Shown piece by piece: positions 48,270 through 48,660 of a stretch of DNA of 48,660 bases. The DNA is from Octopus bimaculoides. Taxonomy: Eukaryota. Each line of letters begins with the position of its first letter. Position 1 is the first letter of the stretch. The stretch spans positions 44,113,042 through 44,161,701 of the forward strand of contig NC_068994.1 of NCBI RefSeq assembly GCF_001194135.2, read 5' to 3'. Position numbers and translations under genes: made by a program. The notes below the pieces were generated by a model, which ran no database searches, was not told the DNA's origin, and saw only the letters and a list, made by a program, of their open reading frames with translations.

Positions 48270-48660
48270 ACTTTTCAATACAAACCCAGCTGAAACTACC
48301 TCTGGCTCTGTAGTACAAATGTCTTGTTTTCATAAGTTCTGAATTAAAATCTTCCACCAAACCTTAGTCACAATTTATGTTCCTAACACTAGCTTAATGA
48401 TAGCTAAGTTATTTTACTAAATTCTTTGTTATATCTAAAATTAATTGAAGGAAACACAGAGCATCTCAACAGAAATATGGAACAAAAAGGTTAAAGTCAC
48501 CATAATATTTTTAACCCTTTTGATACCAACCTGGCTGAAACTACCTCTGGCTCTGTAGTACAAATGTCTTGTTTTCAAAAGTTCTGAATTAAAATCTGCC
48601 AAACTTTAGTCACAATTTATGTTCCTAACACTAGCTTAATGATAACTAATTTATTTTACA
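48270..48660. mobile_element. Two copies of a second piggyBac-like TTAA MITE (48270-48490 and 48515 to window end)
   Basis: TTAA|cccttttgatacc and ggaacaaaaagg|TTAA ends. Near-identical interiors gctgaaactacctctggctctgtagtacaaatgtcttgttttca. Confidence 0.8.

Overview
This is AT-rich, microsatellite- and SINE-dense eukaryotic DNA with nine N-gaps. It is almost certainly from an octopod cephalopod (Octopus-type draft assembly). That is an inference from the protocadherin type and repeat landscape, not a database match. Only one convincing protein-coding region is present: a minus-strand protocadherin large exon (ATG 18497) encoding a signal peptide, six cadherin repeats, a TM helix and a partial cytoplasmic tail. 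It has a splice acceptor 41 nt upstream of the ATG and a phase-0 CAG|GTAAGT donor at 16119, so further exons probably exist, but I could not identify them. The rest is intronic or intergenic and packed with mobile DNA: two decayed Tx1/L1-clade LINE fragments, at least four tRNA-headed SINE families (labelled A-D here, my own labels), mariner-, hAT- and piggyBac-type MITEs, Penelope-type fragments with hammerhead-like motifs, and a 290-bp fold-back duplication. The most notable observations are loss of all three EC3-contributed Ca2+ motifs in the protocadherin, a Tx1-LINE/SINE junction with a shared 3' tail, a MITE with a central telomeric-repeat palindrome, degenerate hammerhead ribozyme motifs, and long inverted repeats that could be dsRNA/ADAR substrates. 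I see no CRISPR array, rRNA, bona fide tRNA gene or prokaryotic system. Almost all short ORFs in the track are repeat noise.
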